The position numbers and the translations under genes are program-made. The notes under the pieces are model-generated. The model did not search any database, was not told the origin of the DNA, and worked only from the letters and a program-made list of their open reading frames with translations. This document shows positions 63,166 through 64,000 of a DNA stretch of 64,000 bases, piece after piece. Source of the DNA: a bacterium (GTDB lineage: Bacteria; SM23-31). How positions within the stretch are numbered: position 1 is the stretch's first letter; each line of letters opens with the position of its first letter. The DNA lies in contig OZ252239.1 of the NCBI GenBank assembly GCA_965249485.1, positions 2,281,047 to 2,345,046 on the forward strand, given 5' to 3'.

Positions 63166-64000
63166 ATGAGCCACGCATGTAGTAAAAAATTTATTTTTCC
63201 CCTTTTAGTACTCCTCTTTATATTCAGCTTTTCTATGAGTGATGTTTTCGCTCAATCCCAAACAGCAAGTGTGTCAGGCAATTGGAGCGCCGTAGGCACT
63301 TGGGGAGGCGTCGTTCCGATTGCCGGTGATACCGTTTTTTTTGCTACAGGTATTTCGGTTACATTTGATGGGGCCGCTGATCAGGCATCGGTTTATGGCC
63401 CTGTCATATTTAATGGACCGGACGCTGCTCTCCATGTCAACACAAATGGTGCCGGTGTAAATGGCCTGCAAATTGCGAATTTTCATGCTAACACCACGAC
63501 CGATACAATTTCAGTTCTTGCCGGTATTAATTTTACGGCTGATAGCATTTTAGTTTCGGCCGGTAATTCACTTTTGATACAGGGAGACGGCATCATCAGT
63601 CACAAACCGGGGGTAATATCGGGGACACTTGAGCTGGGAACCGGTTTTGTAGCGCTTGACACTGTTTTTTTTGGGGGCGGAAGTAATCTCAATGTTGGTT
63701 CAAGCCGTGATACGATTCGAGTAATAGATTTTCAGGGAAATGACACCCTAAATTTCGGTGTTGCGAGTGATTCACTGTTTACCGATAATCTTACCATAAG
63801 CGGCGGCGCAAATCTGACAATCGGCACTTTTGCGGGAAATATTTTCAACACGCAGCCCATGTCTTTCGGTGTGAACAGCAGCATGACCCTGGGCTCAAAT
63901 TTAGTCGTCAATGACATATCCATCAACGGCCTCACACAATTCTCGCTTGGTACGTTTAATTTAACCACCGATACACTTGATATTATCGATACGCTGCAGT
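63166..64000 (+). CDS. Secreted beta-rich surface protein (3' truncated by window edge; absent from the ORF track)
   Basis: Open frame MSHACSKKFIFPLLVLLFIFSFSMSDVFA-QSQTASVSGNWSAVGTWGGVVPIAGDTV... with no stop before the window end. Confidence 0.85.
   Translation, partial: MSHACSKKFIFPLLVLLFIFSFSMSDVFAQSQTASVSGNWSAVGTWGGVVPIAGDTVFFATGISVTFDGAADQASVYGPVIFNGPDAALHVNTNGAGVNGLQIANFHANTTTDTISVLAGINFTADSILVSAGNSLLIQGDGIISHKPGVISGTLELGTGFVALDTVFFGGGSNLNVGSSRDTIRVIDFQGNDTLNFGVASDSLFTDNLTISGGANLTIGTFAGNIFNTQPMSFGVNSSMTLGSNLVVNDISINGLTQFSLGTFNLTTDTLDIIDTLQ

Noticed and set aside
63160-63190. CTGATGAG hammerhead-like core
   Set aside because: No stem II or GAAA; the sequence is simply the start-codon region of the last CDS

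Overview
AT-rich (roughly 40% GC by eye) chromosomal segment of a diderm bacterium, probably FCB superphylum (KSB1/Calditrichota/Marinimicrobia-like). This placement is inferred from the Bacteroidota-type LysS insertion, the lysS-lolC/E-lolD-clpC order and DUF2911. Core genes: metH 3' end, pirin, cyclophilin, two tandem glnA paralogues, prfB with its programmed +1 frameshift, alr, lysS, lolC/E-lolC/E-lolD, clpC, tonB-exbB-exbD, queD-queE, a minus-strand run rlmN-EIIC-EIID-ptsH-ptsI-pgi/pmi-nucleotidyltransferase-metK-ahcY, moxR-DUF58, mpl, pcm, yqaA, tRNA-Pro(CGG), typA and lutABC. The best candidate for an undescribed system is a tightly coupled ~10.7 kb operon (18752-29420) between exbD and queD. 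It encodes a BldC/Xis-like mini-HTH regulator whose promoter carries five tandem 9-bp repeats, two DUF3662-FHA proteins, a PbpA-like transpeptidase, a RodA/FtsW SEDS protein, a HEAT-TM-LysM-like protein, an exported Cys/Gln-motif protein, a pentapeptide-repeat K+ channel, two LPP20-like proteins and an atypical membrane Ser/Thr kinase. This resembles the actinobacterial fhaA-rodA-pbpA-pkn cell-wall signalling module, remodelled in a diderm. An accessory stretch follows tRNA-Pro (amidohydrolase, degenerate M28 peptidase, SSS symporter, Cys-rich putative flavoprotein, sigma54-preceded small ORF, tandem DUF2911). The window ends in a secreted protein rich in D-S/T-hydrophobic sequons behind a CRP-type site. 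Three genes show single-site frame disruptions that may be assembly errors. All family assignments come from motif recognition by eye; no database searches were run.
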